64,000 bases of DNA from Dehalococcoidia bacterium (GCA_964291495.2 OZ219871.1:544001-608000); one strand, 5' to 3'; shown: positions 7,375 to 17,800, counted from the first letter of the stretch. Program-made: numbers and translations. Notes: a model not told the origin generated them from the sequence alone.

Positions 7375-9666
7375 ATGACGACTGCGCAGCGCTCGCATCG
7401 AGTGGTGGGGACACGGCCGGTGCGCCCGGACGGGGTCGAGAAGGTGACGGGGCGCGCCGGCTACAGCGCCGACACGCGGCTGCCGGGGATGCTCTACGGC
7501 CGCCTCAAGCGCAGCCCGCACGGCCACGCCCGGATCCTCTCGATCGACACCTCGAAGGCCGAGGCGCTGCCCGGCGTGCGCTCCGTGATCACCGCGGCGG
7601 ACTTCCCCGGCGATCGCGAGGAGATGATCCGCACGATGCGCGGACACACGACGCGCAAGTGGTTCCAGGACATGATCATGGCCTCGGACAAGGTGCTGCA
7701 CTACGGCCACGCCGTCGCCGCCGTCTGCGCGACCGACCCCCACATCGCCGAGGACGCGCTCGAGCTGATCGAGGTCGAGTACGAGCCGCTACCGCCCGTC
7801 CTCGACGTGCTCGAGGCGATGGCCGACGGCGCGCCGATCCTCCACGAGGAGATGCGCACGGTGACGATGCTCGGGCGCGGCATGCCCGGCGACCCGATCA
7901 ACGACAACCCCTCGAACGTCGTCAGCCACATGCCGCTCGAGAAGGGCAACCCCGACCAGGGCTTCGAGGAGTCGGACATCATGATCGAGCGGGAGTTCCG
8001 CACGGGCATGGCGCACCAGGGCTACATCGAGCCTCAGAGCGCGGTGGCGGACTGGGGTCCCGACGGGATGCTCACGGTCTGGGCGAGCAGCCAGGGCGCG
8101 TTCAACTTCCGCGACCAGCTCGCCGTGATCCTGCAGATCCCGACCGCGCACATCACCGTCGTGCCGACCGAGATCGGCGGCGGTTTCGGCGGCAAGCTCT
8201 ACATGTACGTGGAGCCGATCGCTGCGCTGTTCTCACAGCGCACGGGCCGGCCGGTCAAGGTCACGCTCTCCCGCGAGGAGGTGCTGGCCGCGACCGGGCC
8301 GACCTCCGGCACGTACGTGCGCGTCAAGATCGGCGCGAAGCGCGACGGCACGCTGCTGGCCGGGGAGGCCGAACTCGCCTACGAGGCGGGCTCGCATCCG
8401 CCCTCGCCGGTGGCGGGCGGCTGCATGACGGTGTTCGGCCCCTACGACATCCCCAACGAGCGTGTCGACGGCTACGACGTGGTGCTGAACAAGCCGAAGG
8501 TCTCTTCCTACCGCGCGCCCGGCGCCTGCCAGCCGACACTCGCGGTCGAGTCCGTGCTCGACGAGATCGCGGAGGAGCTGGGCATCGAGCCGATGGAGCT
8601 GCGGCTCCGCAACGCCGCGCGCGAGGGCACGCGCGTCCTCGATGGGCGCGCCTACCCGAAGATCGGCGCGGTCGACGTGATGGAGGCGGTGCGCAACTCA
8701 GAGCACTACCGCTCCGAACTCAGCGGCGAGTACCAGGGCCGCGGCGTGGCGATCGGCTACTGGTACAACGGCGGCGGCGAGGGCACGGCCACCGCCAGTA
8801 TCAACGCCGACGGGACCGTGAGCCTGATCTTCGGCTCGGTCGACATCGGCGGTCAGCGCGCCTCGCTGGCGATGCACATGGCCGAGGCGATGGGCATCCC
8901 CTACGAGGACGTCCGGCCGCACGTCGTCGACACGGAATCGATCGGCTACACGGGCCTCACCGCGGGATCGGCGACGACGTTCAAGACCGGCTGGGCGGTC
9001 TACAAGCTGGCGCAGGAGCTGCAGGGCAAGCTCCAGGGTCGCGCCGCCCGGATCTGGGACGTGCCCTCGGAGCAGGTCGAGTACCGCGCGGACGCCACGA
9101 TCCACGGACCGGCGGACGAGGACGGCAACGCGCGCTCGTTCACGTTCAAGGAGCTAGCCGGCCAGCTACCGGGCACCGGCGGCAACATCGCGGCGCAGGC
9201 CGACTCGAACGAGACGACGTGGGGGCCGAGCTTCGCCGGCCACATCGTCGACGTCGAGGTGGATCCCGCGACGGGGAAGGTCGACATCCTGCGCTACACG
9301 ACGGTGCAGGACGTGGGCACGGCGGTGCATCCCTCTTATGTCGAGGGCCAGATGCAGGGCGGCGCCTCGCAGGGTGCGGGCATGGCGCTGAGCGAGGAGT
9401 ACATCTACGACGAGGACGGCAGGCTGCGGAACGCAAGCCTGCTCGACTACCGCATGCCGACCACCGTCGATCTGCCGATGGTCGAGACGGTGCTCGTCGA
9501 GGTGCCGAACCCCGGACACCCGTACGGCGTGCGGGGCGTCGGCGAGGTGCCGATCGTGCCGCCGCTCGGCGCGATCGCGAATGCGCTGCACGACGCGACG
9601 GGCGTGCGGATGCGGCACCTCCCGCTCAGCCCCGAGCGCGTGCTCGAGGCGCTCGGCGAGATCTAG
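7375..9666 (+). CDS. xanthine dehydrogenase/CoxL-family molybdopterin-binding subunit
   Basis: KVTGRAGY, HQGYIEP, IGGGFGGK, YRAPG, VEGQMQGG, GVGE. Confidence 0.93.
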   Translation: MTTAQRSHRVVGTRPVRPDGVEKVTGRAGYSADTRLPGMLYGRLKRSPHGHARILSIDTSKAEALPGVRSVITAADFPGDREEMIRTMRGHTTRKWFQDMIMASDKVLHYGHAVAAVCATDPHIAEDALELIEVEYEPLPPVLDVLEAMADGAPILHEEMRTVTMLGRGMPGDPINDNPSNVVSHMPLEKGNPDQGFEESDIMIEREFRTGMAHQGYIEPQSAVADWGPDGMLTVWASSQGAFNFRDQLAVILQIPTAHITVVPTEIGGGFGGKLYMYVEPIAALFSQRTGRPVKVTLSREEVLAATGPTSGTYVRVKIGAKRDGTLLAGEAELAYEAGSHPPSPVAGGCMTVFGPYDIPNERVDGYDVVLNKPKVSSYRAPGACQPTLAVESVLDEIAEELGIEPMELRLRNAAREGTRVLDGRAYPKIGAVDVMEAVRNSEHYRSELSGEYQGRGVAIGYWYNGGGEGTATASINADGTVSLIFGSVDIGGQRASLAMHMAEAMGIPYEDVRPHVVDTESIGYTGLTAGSATTFKTGWAVYKLAQELQGKLQGRAARIWDVPSEQVEYRADATIHGPADEDGNARSFTFKELAGQLPGTGGNIAAQADSNETTWGPSFAGHIVDVEVDPATGKVDILRYTTVQDVGTAVHPSYVEGQMQGGASQGAGMALSEEYIYDEDGRLRNASLLDYRMPTTVDLPMVETVLVEVPNPGHPYGVRGVGEVPIVPPLGAIANALHDATGVRMRHLPLSPERVLEALGEI

Positions 9667-9772
9667 GGCGCGGCGTCACCACGCCGCCCGTCAGGCGCCC
9701 GCTGCTAGACTCGTGCGCGCACGAGCGGGCGCGTTCGCGCCCGCCTTTGTGCGGTTGGGCGGGCTGCCGGCC

Positions 9773-11104
9773 ATGACCACTGCCGATTCGCGGCCGCCCG
9801 CGCCACCCATCGACCCTGCAACGGCGCCCGCGCCCGGCGCAGCGGCGCGGCGGCCTCGAGGGCTTTCGCTTCGCACCTTCGACTCGCTGAAGCAGGTCGA
9901 GTTCCGCTGGCTGTTCGCGTCCACGCTCGGCCAGATGGCCGCGATCCAGATGCAGATCCTGATGCGCAGCTTCGTCGCGTACGAACTGACGGGTTCGTTC
10001 GCGGCGATCGGCATCGTGGGACTCGCGAGCGCCGTGCCGATGCTGTTCCTCTCCGTCTTCGGCGGCGTGCTGGCCGACCGCGTGCCGCGGAAGCGGATCC
10101 TGCAGGCCGGGCACGTGCTGAACGGGGGCTTCGCGTTCCTGATTGCGACCCTCCTGTTGCTCGATCTGCTCACCGTGCAGCAGCTCTTCGTCATCTCTCT
10201 GGTGCAGGGCGCCGTGCTCGCGCTCACCATCTCGGCGGGCCAGGCGATCGTTCCCGAGGTGGCGGGCAGGGAGCGGCTGATGAACGCCGTCTCGCTGAAC
10301 GCCGCGGGCATGAGCTTCATGCGCCTCGTGGCCCCCGCCGTGGCCGCCGGCGTGATCGCGTTGATCGGGGCAGGGTCGGCGTACCTCACGATCGCGGCCT
10401 GCTATGCCGTGGCGCTGCTCCTGCTCGTGCCCGTTCGCACCCGTCGGCCGGGGGCGATGCAAGCGGGGCCCGGCGCAGCACCGGCGGGGCCCGGCGGCAA
10501 GCCCTCGGGCGGCCTCGACGATCTGATCGAGGGGCTGCGCTACTCCTTCCGGCAGCGGGTGATCTTCTGGATCCTCGTCCTCAACTTCGTGACCGCGATC
10601 CTCGCGATGCCGTACATGGTCCTGCTTCCCGGCTACGTCGCCGACGTCTTCGACGGCGGCGCCACCGAGCTGGCGTGGTTCGCCGCCGTGAGCGGAGGCG
10701 GCTCGCTCCTCGCCACGCTCGTGATCGCCTCGCTGCCAGAGCGCAACCGCGGCGTGCTGCTGCTCGGCTGCTCGGCGCTGCTCGGCATCTCGCTGGCCGT
10801 GCTCTCCTCGACTTCGGTCGTCTGGCTCGGCCTGGTGTTCATGTTCGTCGTCGGCGTCTGGACGGCGGGCCGGCAGGCGATGGCGATGGTGATCATCCAG
10901 ACCTACGTCGACGACTCCCATCGAGGGCGCGTGATGTCGATCTTCATGACGCAGATCTCGATGGTCCTCTTCGGCGGATTCATCGTCGGACTCATCGCGG
11001 AAGCGACAGGGATCCAGACCGCCATCGGCGGGCTGGGGCTCGTCCTCGCAATCTTCACGCTCGGCATCGCCGTCTTCGTCCCGAGGCTGCGCCGCGTGAT
11101 GTAG
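9773..11104 (+). CDS. MFS transporter
   Basis: GGVLADR, about 12 TM segments, HRGRVMS; ATG at 9773. Confidence 0.9.
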   Translation: MTTADSRPPAPPIDPATAPAPGAAARRPRGLSLRTFDSLKQVEFRWLFASTLGQMAAIQMQILMRSFVAYELTGSFAAIGIVGLASAVPMLFLSVFGGVLADRVPRKRILQAGHVLNGGFAFLIATLLLLDLLTVQQLFVISLVQGAVLALTISAGQAIVPEVAGRERLMNAVSLNAAGMSFMRLVAPAVAAGVIALIGAGSAYLTIAACYAVALLLLVPVRTRRPGAMQAGPGAAPAGPGGKPSGGLDDLIEGLRYSFRQRVIFWILVLNFVTAILAMPYMVLLPGYVADVFDGGATELAWFAAVSGGGSLLATLVIASLPERNRGVLLLGCSALLGISLAVLSSTSVVWLGLVFMFVVGVWTAGRQAMAMVIIQTYVDDSHRGRVMSIFMTQISMVLFGGFIVGLIAEATGIQTAIGGLGLVLAIFTLGIAVFVPRLRRVM

Positions 11105-11128
11105 CGCGACCGCCCGCCGGACAGGCCG

Positions 11129-12415
11129 TTACGGCGAGCCGATGGCGCCTGCCGCGTAGAGGCCATCGATCTCGTCCGTCTCGAAGCCCACCTCCTCGAG
11201 CACCTCTCGGGTGTGGCGGCCGAGCGGCGGCGAGGGCCGCGGCGAACCCGTGGGCGAGCCCGACATCTCGATGAGCGGTCCGACGAACTGCTCCGGGCCG
11301 GTCAGCTCGTTCTCCACCTCGATCATGATCCCCGCCTCCTGCACGCCGGGGTCGTCGGCCAGCTCCTCGGGCAGATTGACCTTCGAGGCGGGAACGCCGA
11401 GGCGGTCGAACTCCGCGATCCATTCGTCCGCCGTGCGGGCGCGCATCGCCGCGGCGATCTTGCGGTGCGTGGCGTCGATGGCGGGCCGGTTCGCCGGGTC
11501 GAGGACGTCGAACTCCAGATCCTCGGTCGGGTCGTCCTCGATGCCGAGCAGGGCGCGGATCTGGCTGCGGTTGCGGTCGGTCAGCGCGCCGATGATGACG
11601 GCGCCGTCGCGGACGGCGTAGCCGCCGTAGTAGAGGCGTACCTGCGGGCCCAGCAGGTCGTAGACGCCGCCGCGCTCGTTGACGACCTCGCAGTAGTCGC
11701 CGCCGCGATCCCGCACCGCGTTGATGCGCTCCATGAGAGGATCGCGCGTCACGGCGTCGAAGACCGGGGAGCGGGCGATCTCGCGGCCCATCATCATCAT
11801 CCCCGTCGCGAGGAGAGAGCTGCGGACGAGCTGCCCCTCGCCGGTGCGCTCGCGATGGACGAGCGCGGCGCAGACACCCATCGCGAGGACGACGCCGGCG
11901 GGGAAGTCGACGATCCCGGTGCACTGCACCAGCTCGGGGCCGCCGAGGTCGTCGCACTTGACCTCGGCCGCCATCAGCCCGCTGTAGGCCTGCGCGACGA
12001 TGTCGGAGCCGGCGCGGCTGGCGTTGCGGCCGTGGCCGCCGAAGCCGGTGTTCTCCGCCCAGATCAGATCCTCGCGGTAGCGGCGCAGGGACTCGTAGTC
12101 CACGCCGAGGCGCGCCGCCGCGCCGTAGCCCATGTTCGAGACGACGACGTCGAAGCTCTGGACGAGGCGCTCGATCAGGCGCTTGCCGTCCTTGTGCTTG
12201 AGATCGACGGCGATGCTGCGCTTGCCGCGATTGAGCGAGCGAAACGACTTGTTCTCGCCCGGGATGGCGCTGCGCCGCCGCCGCGAACTCCCGCCGTCGA
12301 GCGGCTCGACCTTCACGATGTCCGCGCCGAGGTCGGCGAGCGCCACGCCGCAGAAGGGTCCGGCGATCACCTGCGTGAACTCGAGCACGCGAATGCCTTC
12401 GAGTGGTCCGCCCAT
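11129..12415 (-). CDS. CaiB/BaiF family III CoA-transferase
   Basis: PLEGIRVLEFTQVIAGP, LGADIVKVEP, NRGKRS, catalytic Asp in GIVDF. Confidence 0.93.
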   Translation of the reverse strand: MGGPLEGIRVLEFTQVIAGPFCGVALADLGADIVKVEPLDGGSSRRRRSAIPGENKSFRSLNRGKRSIAVDLKHKDGKRLIERLVQSFDVVVSNMGYGAAARLGVDYESLRRYREDLIWAENTGFGGHGRNASRAGSDIVAQAYSGLMAAEVKCDDLGGPELVQCTGIVDFPAGVVLAMGVCAALVHRERTGEGQLVRSSLLATGMMMMGREIARSPVFDAVTRDPLMERINAVRDRGGDYCEVVNERGGVYDLLGPQVRLYYGGYAVRDGAVIIGALTDRNRSQIRALLGIEDDPTEDLEFDVLDPANRPAIDATHRKIAAAMRARTADEWIAEFDRLGVPASKVNLPEELADDPGVQEAGIMIEVENELTGPEQFVGPLIEMSGSPTGSPRPSPPLGRHTREVLEEVGFETDEIDGLYAAGAIGSP

Positions 12416-12519
12416 GATCGACCTCCTGCCGCCCGGCGGCGCCGGCGCCGGGGGACGGATGGTAGCAGCCGCGGATCGCGGTCCGGCTTGCGTGGTGCGG
12501 CGCGACGGGAACGAGGCGG

Positions 12520-13398
12520 CTACGCGCCGCTGACGCCGAGCGGGCGCATCACCTCCTCCGCGAAGCGCTCGACGGCTTCGATCTTCGCCTCGACCGGCGA
12601 GTCCGCGCCGGCCGGCTCCCAGGCGGGGATGCGGATGCCATCGAGGCCGGCGCGGCCGAGCTCGTCCAGCACCTCGGCAGTGGGCCACTCGCGGGGCTGG
12701 ACGGTGATCTCGAAGTCCGCCGGGTCACGCCCGTTGCCCTCGAGGTAGCCGTGCAGCCGCGCGATGACGTCGGGCACAGCGGTCGTGGAGGCTCCCCCGC
12801 CGACCCAGCCGTCGGCGATGCGGGCGGCGCGGCGCAGCGCGATCTCGCTGCGGCCCCCGAGCACGATCGGGATCGGAGCGGGCGGGACGGGCGCCATCGA
12901 GACGGCGTCGAAGTCGAACCAGTCGCCGTGGTGCTCCACCCAGCCGCCGGCCCAGAGCCGCCGGAGCACCTCGATCATCTCGGCGAGCCGGCGGCCGCGG
13001 CCGGAGAAGGCCTGGCCTGTCTGGTCGAACTCCTCGCGACACCAGCCGGCTCCGAACCCGGCCACGACGCGCCCCTCGGTGAGCACGGCGGCGGTGGAGA
13101 TCGACTTGGCGACGGTGAAGAGGTCACGCGCGGGCGCGATGTAGACGGCGGTCATGCAGCGCAGCGTCGTGGTCGCCGCGCCGACCGCCGAGGCGAGCGC
13201 CCAGGGGTCGGGCCAGTGCGTCTCCGCGTCCCAGAACGGGACGCCATCGGCGGTGCCGGGGTAGGCGGGGGTGATCTCGCGGGGAAAGAAGAGGTGGTCG
13301 GGGATCGCGAGGCCCTCGAAGCCGAGGCGCTCGGAGGCACGCGCCAGCGGAAGCACCTGCTCGGTCGGCATGAAGCCGGTGAACTGCCAGAACCTCAC
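12520..13398 (-). CDS. LLM-class F420-dependent oxidoreductase
   Basis: PDHLFFP, WPDPW, GAGWCREEF, RRAARIADGW. Confidence 0.9.
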   Translation of the reverse strand: MRFWQFTGFMPTEQVLPLARASERLGFEGLAIPDHLFFPREITPAYPGTADGVPFWDAETHWPDPWALASAVGAATTTLRCMTAVYIAPARDLFTVAKSISTAAVLTEGRVVAGFGAGWCREEFDQTGQAFSGRGRRLAEMIEVLRRLWAGGWVEHHGDWFDFDAVSMAPVPPAPIPIVLGGRSEIALRRAARIADGWVGGGASTTAVPDVIARLHGYLEGNGRDPADFEITVQPREWPTAEVLDELGRAGLDGIRIPAWEPAGADSPVEAKIEAVERFAEEVMRPLGVSGA

Positions 13399-13459
13399 GA
13401 CGCCCTCCTCGACTGGACCGCGTTGCTCGCTACGATAGCGGCGAGGGAGGCACGTCGCG

Positions 13460-14518
13460 ATGCAATTCGGCTTCTGCTACATCCCGGACTACTACCCGGA
13501 GCTGCACGGCGAGTTCCGCGACTGGTACGAGCGGCTGCTCTCCGAGTGGGCCTGGGCCGACGAACTCGGCTACGACTCGGTCTGGATCGCCGAGCACCGC
13601 TATCCGGGCTACGCCTTCTCCTCGACACCGGTCGTATTGCAGGCGATGGCCGATCGCACCACGCAGATTCGCATCGGCACCGCCGTGGCGCTGATCACCC
13701 AGCGGCACCCGGTGCTGAGCGCCGAGCACTGGGCGGCGGTCGACGTGCTCTCCGGCGGACGGCTCAACTTCGGCATCGGCCGCGGCATCTCGGAGTACGA
13801 CTTCGAGACCGTCGGCGTGCCCTCGGAGGAGTCGCGCGAGCGCTTCGAGGAGGCGTGGGAGGTGATCCGCCGGCTCTGGACCGAGGACGAGGTGGTGCAT
13901 AACGGCAAGTACTGGTCGTTCGACGTGCACACGCTGCGGCCGCGCCCGCTACAGCAGCCGATGCCGCCGATCTACGTCTCCGCGCTGGCGTCGCCGGAGA
14001 CGTACCGCTGGGCCGGGCGCAACGGCTACCACCTGCTGGTCGCGCCGTTCCTCCTCGACTCCAACGAGCGGCAGCGCGGCTTCCTCGAGATCTATCGCGA
14101 GGAGCTGGCCAACGCCGGGCACGATCCCGACGCGTTCGAGGTCCTCGGGACGTACCACCTGAGCATCGTCGAGCGGGAGAGCCAGCTCGAGGGGGCGGAC
14201 CAGTACTTCTACAACTACCTCAACTTCATCCAGAACACCGGGAAGGAACGAACCGGCGTGAAGGAGGCCCTGGCCGGAGAGGCCAACCGCGCCTACCAGA
14301 CCGGGGAGGGCCTCTACAAGGACGTCGAAGCAATGCGCAGGCAGCGTACGGTGATCGGCACGCCGCAGCAGTGCATCGAGCGCATGTCGGAGCTGGCCGA
14401 GGCGTGCGGCCTCACCGGGTGGTCATTCGAGATCAGCTACGGCGGGATGCCCGCCGAGATGACCAGGGACCAGATGCAGCTCTTCGCCGAGGAGGTCATC
14501 CCCGTCCTGCGCCCCTAG
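13460..14518 (+). CDS. LLM-class flavin-dependent oxidoreductase
   Basis: WIAEHRY, IRIGTAV, DVLSGGRLNFGIGRG, PRPLQQP. Confidence 0.92.
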   Translation: MQFGFCYIPDYYPELHGEFRDWYERLLSEWAWADELGYDSVWIAEHRYPGYAFSSTPVVLQAMADRTTQIRIGTAVALITQRHPVLSAEHWAAVDVLSGGRLNFGIGRGISEYDFETVGVPSEESRERFEEAWEVIRRLWTEDEVVHNGKYWSFDVHTLRPRPLQQPMPPIYVSALASPETYRWAGRNGYHLLVAPFLLDSNERQRGFLEIYREELANAGHDPDAFEVLGTYHLSIVERESQLEGADQYFYNYLNFIQNTGKERTGVKEALAGEANRAYQTGEGLYKDVEAMRRQRTVIGTPQQCIERMSELAEACGLTGWSFEISYGGMPAEMTRDQMQLFAEEVIPVLRP

Positions 14519-14533
14519 CGCGCAGCGGCGAGG

Positions 14534-15637
14534 TCAGGGCACGAGCATTCCGCGGGAGACGGCCGTCTGCCGCTCGTGCCACTCCGCCTCGGCGAACGCC
14601 TCGTTGACGTGCTCGAGCGGGTAGATGTTGGAAACGATGCGGTCGTAAGGAACCTTGCCGAGGTTCTTGACCAGCGTCTCCATCATCAGCGGCAGCAGGT
14701 GCGGGCGGTACATCAGCGAGCCCATGATCTTCTTGCCGCGCAGGATCGTCGAGGGATCGAACTCGACGGTGCGGCCGCGCACGATGTCGCCGATCTCGAC
14801 GAACGTGCCGCCGTTGGTGAGATAGCCGACGCCCTCGACCAGCAGCTCCGCCCTGCCGACCAACTCCATGACGATGTTCGCGCCGCGGCCATCGGTGAGC
14901 TGGAGGACGCGCTCCAGTCGCGCCTCGGGCGTGTCGTATTCCTCGATGTTGATCGTGTGGTCGGCGCCGAACTCCTCGGCGAGTGCGAGCCGGTCGGCGA
15001 GGCGGTCGAGGACGATCACCCGGTGCGCGCCCATGTCCTTCGCCATCGCCGTGGCGTTGAGGCCGAGGCCGCCCGCGCCCTGGATGACGACGTAGTCGCC
15101 CTCGGCGGCGCCGGCGCGCATCAGGCCCTCGGTGACGGTCCCCATCGCGCAGTTGACCCAGCCGAGGACGGAGTCGGGCAGCTCGTCGGGCACCTTGAAG
15201 ACGGGGTGCTTGGCGCGGATCCAGTAGTAGTCGGCGTAGGTGCCCGTGAAGTAGGGCCAGTCGCCCGCGTTGGCGTAGGGGCCGGTGGGGCACCAGTTGG
15301 GCTCGCCGCGCATGCACTGGTAGCAACTCCCGCAGGGCTTGATCGCGGAGTACATGACGCGGTCGCCCTCGCGCAGGGGGACGCCGTTGGAGTCCGTCAT
15401 CGTGCCCTTGCCGAGCTGGTAGACGACGCCGGTGCCCTCGTGGCCCATCACGCGGCCGCTCTCCGGGAGCGGGACGTTAACCTGGTCGCCGCGCCAGGTG
15501 TGGAGGTCGGAGCCGCAGATTCCGGCCTGCGTGATCTTCAGCACTAGTCCGCCCGGCTCCGGGTCCGGCAGCTCGTACTCCTCGATCACGAACGGCTCGC
15601 GGTACTCCTTGACGACGACGACACGTCCGGTAGTCAC
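14534..15637 (-). CDS. Zn-dependent alcohol dehydrogenase (MDR family)
   Basis: GICGSDLH, GHEGTG, CGSCYQC...C, GAGGLG. Confidence 0.92.
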   Translation of the reverse strand: MTTGRVVVVKEYREPFVIEEYELPDPEPGGLVLKITQAGICGSDLHTWRGDQVNVPLPESGRVMGHEGTGVVYQLGKGTMTDSNGVPLREGDRVMYSAIKPCGSCYQCMRGEPNWCPTGPYANAGDWPYFTGTYADYYWIRAKHPVFKVPDELPDSVLGWVNCAMGTVTEGLMRAGAAEGDYVVIQGAGGLGLNATAMAKDMGAHRVIVLDRLADRLALAEEFGADHTINIEEYDTPEARLERVLQLTDGRGANIVMELVGRAELLVEGVGYLTNGGTFVEIGDIVRGRTVEFDPSTILRGKKIMGSLMYRPHLLPLMMETLVKNLGKVPYDRIVSNIYPLEHVNEAFAEAEWHERQTAVSRGMLVP

Positions 15638-15751
15638 GATCCGCCCTCCTTCAGCGCGCGCAGCTTCGAGGCTGCCGCCGCATCATAGCGAGGCAGTGGA
15701 CGGCGCGCGGCGGACCGGCCGGGGAGCTTGCGCGGGCTCCCTGGCAACCCC

Positions 15752-16132
15752 TCAGTAGGGAGCCGTGAGGTCCGGGAACATCGGGAAGTGGCGAACGTTG
15801 CGGGTCCAGAGCCGGGCCTCGAGGCGCTCGACTGTCGCCGCGATCACGTAGTCGATCAGGTCAATCCCGGGGTGCGACCGCAGGAAGCGGTTGGCCAGAG
15901 CGCCGGCACGCTCGGCGAGATCATTGTCGACCTCGATCCAGTCGAGACTGCCCAGCAGGCGACGTGTGGCCGGCTCCTCCGAGACTCGCATCCCGGCCAG
16001 CACCTCGACCCGGGTCAGCACGGACGCGGCGAGTCGTTCGCCGTCGGCAACGGCCCCGCGGAGCGCTTCGCGAGCTGCAGCATCGCCCCGGAGGTGGTCG
16101 ATCAGCACCGAGGTGTCGACGAGGATCGTCAC
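15752..16132 (-). CDS. vapC: PIN-domain toxin (VapC)
   Basis: ILVDTSVLID, E, IDYVIAAT, LWTRNVRHFP; start overlaps the antitoxin stop. Confidence 0.9.
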   Translation of the reverse strand: MTILVDTSVLIDHLRGDAAAREALRGAVADGERLAASVLTRVEVLAGMRVSEEPATRRLLGSLDWIEVDNDLAERAGALANRFLRSHPGIDLIDYVIAATVERLEARLWTRNVRHFPMFPDLTAPY

Positions 16133-16383
16133 CTGCTCGCCAGCCGGCGAGACATGCCGCGACGCAGCCCCTCGACGTAGCTTGCGCCATCGAAGTCCCG
16201 ATCCGTCCAGGACGAGAAACTCGCGTCGAGGGCGCTCCGCAGCTCCGCGGCGGAAGACGACCCGTAGCTGCGGTCGAGCGCCCGGCGAACGAGCTCCGCG
16301 AGGCCGCGGCCGGAGCGCCGGGACTCCTCGCGCAGACGCGCATACTGCTCATCCGTCAGGGTGATCTGCGTGCGGTGACTCAT
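16129..16383 (-). CDS. vapB: ribbon-helix-helix antitoxin (VapB/CopG-like)
   Basis: RTQITLTDEQYARL...LAELVRRALD; small gene directly upstream of the PIN toxin. Confidence 0.85.
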   Translation of the reverse strand: MSHRTQITLTDEQYARLREESRRSGRGLAELVRRALDRSYGSSSAAELRSALDASFSSWTDRDFDGASYVEGLRRGMSRRLASR

Positions 16384-16400
16384 GATGTAAGTCTACATCA
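16383..16400 (-). promoter_or_regulatory. palindromic operator and -10 box of the vapBC operon
   Basis: TGATGTA-N4-TACATCA inverted repeat; on the minus strand TAGACT lies 6 nt before the ATG (leaderless-like). Confidence 0.6.
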
Positions 16401-16444
16401 CTCAACCGGGCGGTAGCAGCCGCTCCCGGTTGTACTGCTCGGCG

Positions 16445-17752
16445 CTATCGCTCCTCGGGGACGACGCCGGCGCGGGTGATCAGGTCCTTGCTGAGCGCCT
16501 GGAAGGAATCGGGCTCCAGCTCGTCCACGTCGGCCTTCCCGGACTCGACGACCTCGCGCTTGAACGGCTCGAAGCTAGGGATCTCGTCGTCGGCGAGCGG
16601 CTGCATCCACTGCTTGCGCTCGAGCGCGGCCTCGATGTACGGGGCGAGCTCCTCCTGCTTGCGCGCGACGCGCTCGTCCTCCGCCTCGGACCTGAACTCT
16701 GGCATGACCTCCTCGGCGAAGAGGCGGAGCGAGTCGCAGATCTCCTCGTGCGTCACGCGCCCCGCCTGCGCGCCCAGCATCACCTGGTCGGCGCCGGCCT
16801 GGATCAGCAGGCGGATCGTCTCGCGCGCCTCGTCGGGCGTGCCGACGCAACTCGGGCGGCGCCGCGTGTGCTCGGCCTCGAGGCGCTCACGCGAGTCCTC
16901 GAAGATGTTCCAGAGGTTGGTGCGGCCGGGCGTGTGGCGGCCCGCAACGTAGAAGTGCGCGACGCCGGTGCTGAAGAACAGCCGGTTCGGCAGCGCGCGC
17001 TCGAAGGCCGCGTCGCCGTCGTGATCGAGGACGAGTGGCTCGGCGATCGCGAAGTTGGCGTTGACGAAATGGCCGATCGGGACGCACTCGGTCTTGATCG
17101 CGTCGTAGTAGTCGTCGATCCAGGCGCCGACCTCGCCGGGCGGGAGGAAGGAGAAGCAGAGCACGCCGAGGCCGAGCCGGCCGGCGAGCTTGACCGCCTC
17201 GCGGTTGGAGCAGGCCATCCACATCGGCGGGTGCGGCCGCTGCACGGCCTTCGGGACCACGTTGCGGCAGGGCATCGAGAAGTACTCGCCCTCGTAGCCG
17301 GGGTAGGGGTCGAGCGCGAGCATGTTCGCGGCCTGCTCGGTGGTCTCGAGCCACATCGCCCGCTTGTCCTCGAGCGGCACGCCGTAGCCCTCGAGCTCGC
17401 TGCGCGAGGCGGTCTCGCCGGTGCCGAACTCGACGCGGCCGCCCGAGACGAGGTCGAGCGTGGCAATGCGCTCGGCGACGCGGGCGGGGTGGTTGTAGCC
17501 GGGCGGCATCGCCACGATGCCGTGGCCGAGGCGGATGCGCTTCGTGTTGCGCGCCGCCGCGGCGAGCACGATCTCGGGCGCGGAGGAGTGCGAGTACTCC
17601 TCGAGGAAGTGGTGCTCGACCTCCCAGACGTAGTCGATGCCGAGCTCGTCGGCGAACTCGATCTGCTCGATGGTGTTCTGGAACAGCTGCTGCTCGCTGC
17701 CCGGGGTCCACGGTCGCGGGTGCTGGATCTCGAGGAACATGCCGAACTTCAT
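16445..17752 (-). CDS. LLM-class flavin-dependent oxidoreductase
   Basis: WEVEHHFLEEYSHSSAPE, RLGHGI, DLVSGGRVEFGTG, QRPHPP. Confidence 0.92.
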   Translation of the reverse strand: MKFGMFLEIQHPRPWTPGSEQQLFQNTIEQIEFADELGIDYVWEVEHHFLEEYSHSSAPEIVLAAAARNTKRIRLGHGIVAMPPGYNHPARVAERIATLDLVSGGRVEFGTGETASRSELEGYGVPLEDKRAMWLETTEQAANMLALDPYPGYEGEYFSMPCRNVVPKAVQRPHPPMWMACSNREAVKLAGRLGLGVLCFSFLPPGEVGAWIDDYYDAIKTECVPIGHFVNANFAIAEPLVLDHDGDAAFERALPNRLFFSTGVAHFYVAGRHTPGRTNLWNIFEDSRERLEAEHTRRRPSCVGTPDEARETIRLLIQAGADQVMLGAQAGRVTHEEICDSLRLFAEEVMPEFRSEAEDERVARKQEELAPYIEAALERKQWMQPLADDEIPSFEPFKREVVESGKADVDELEPDSFQALSKDLITRAGVVPEER

Positions 17753-17800
17753 CGCTCGCTCCGTTCCGGTTCGCGCGCGAGGGCAAGTATAGGGTCGGCC

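Noticed and set aside
7375-9666. Aerobic CO dehydrogenase CoxL
   Set aside because: Lacks the AYxCSFR loop and adjacent coxM/coxS genes
9712-9750. Palindrome and hairpin followed by TTTGT in the MFS leader as a riboswitch or attenuator
   Set aside because: Short GC hairpins are common at this composition; no recognisable aptamer and a weak U-tract
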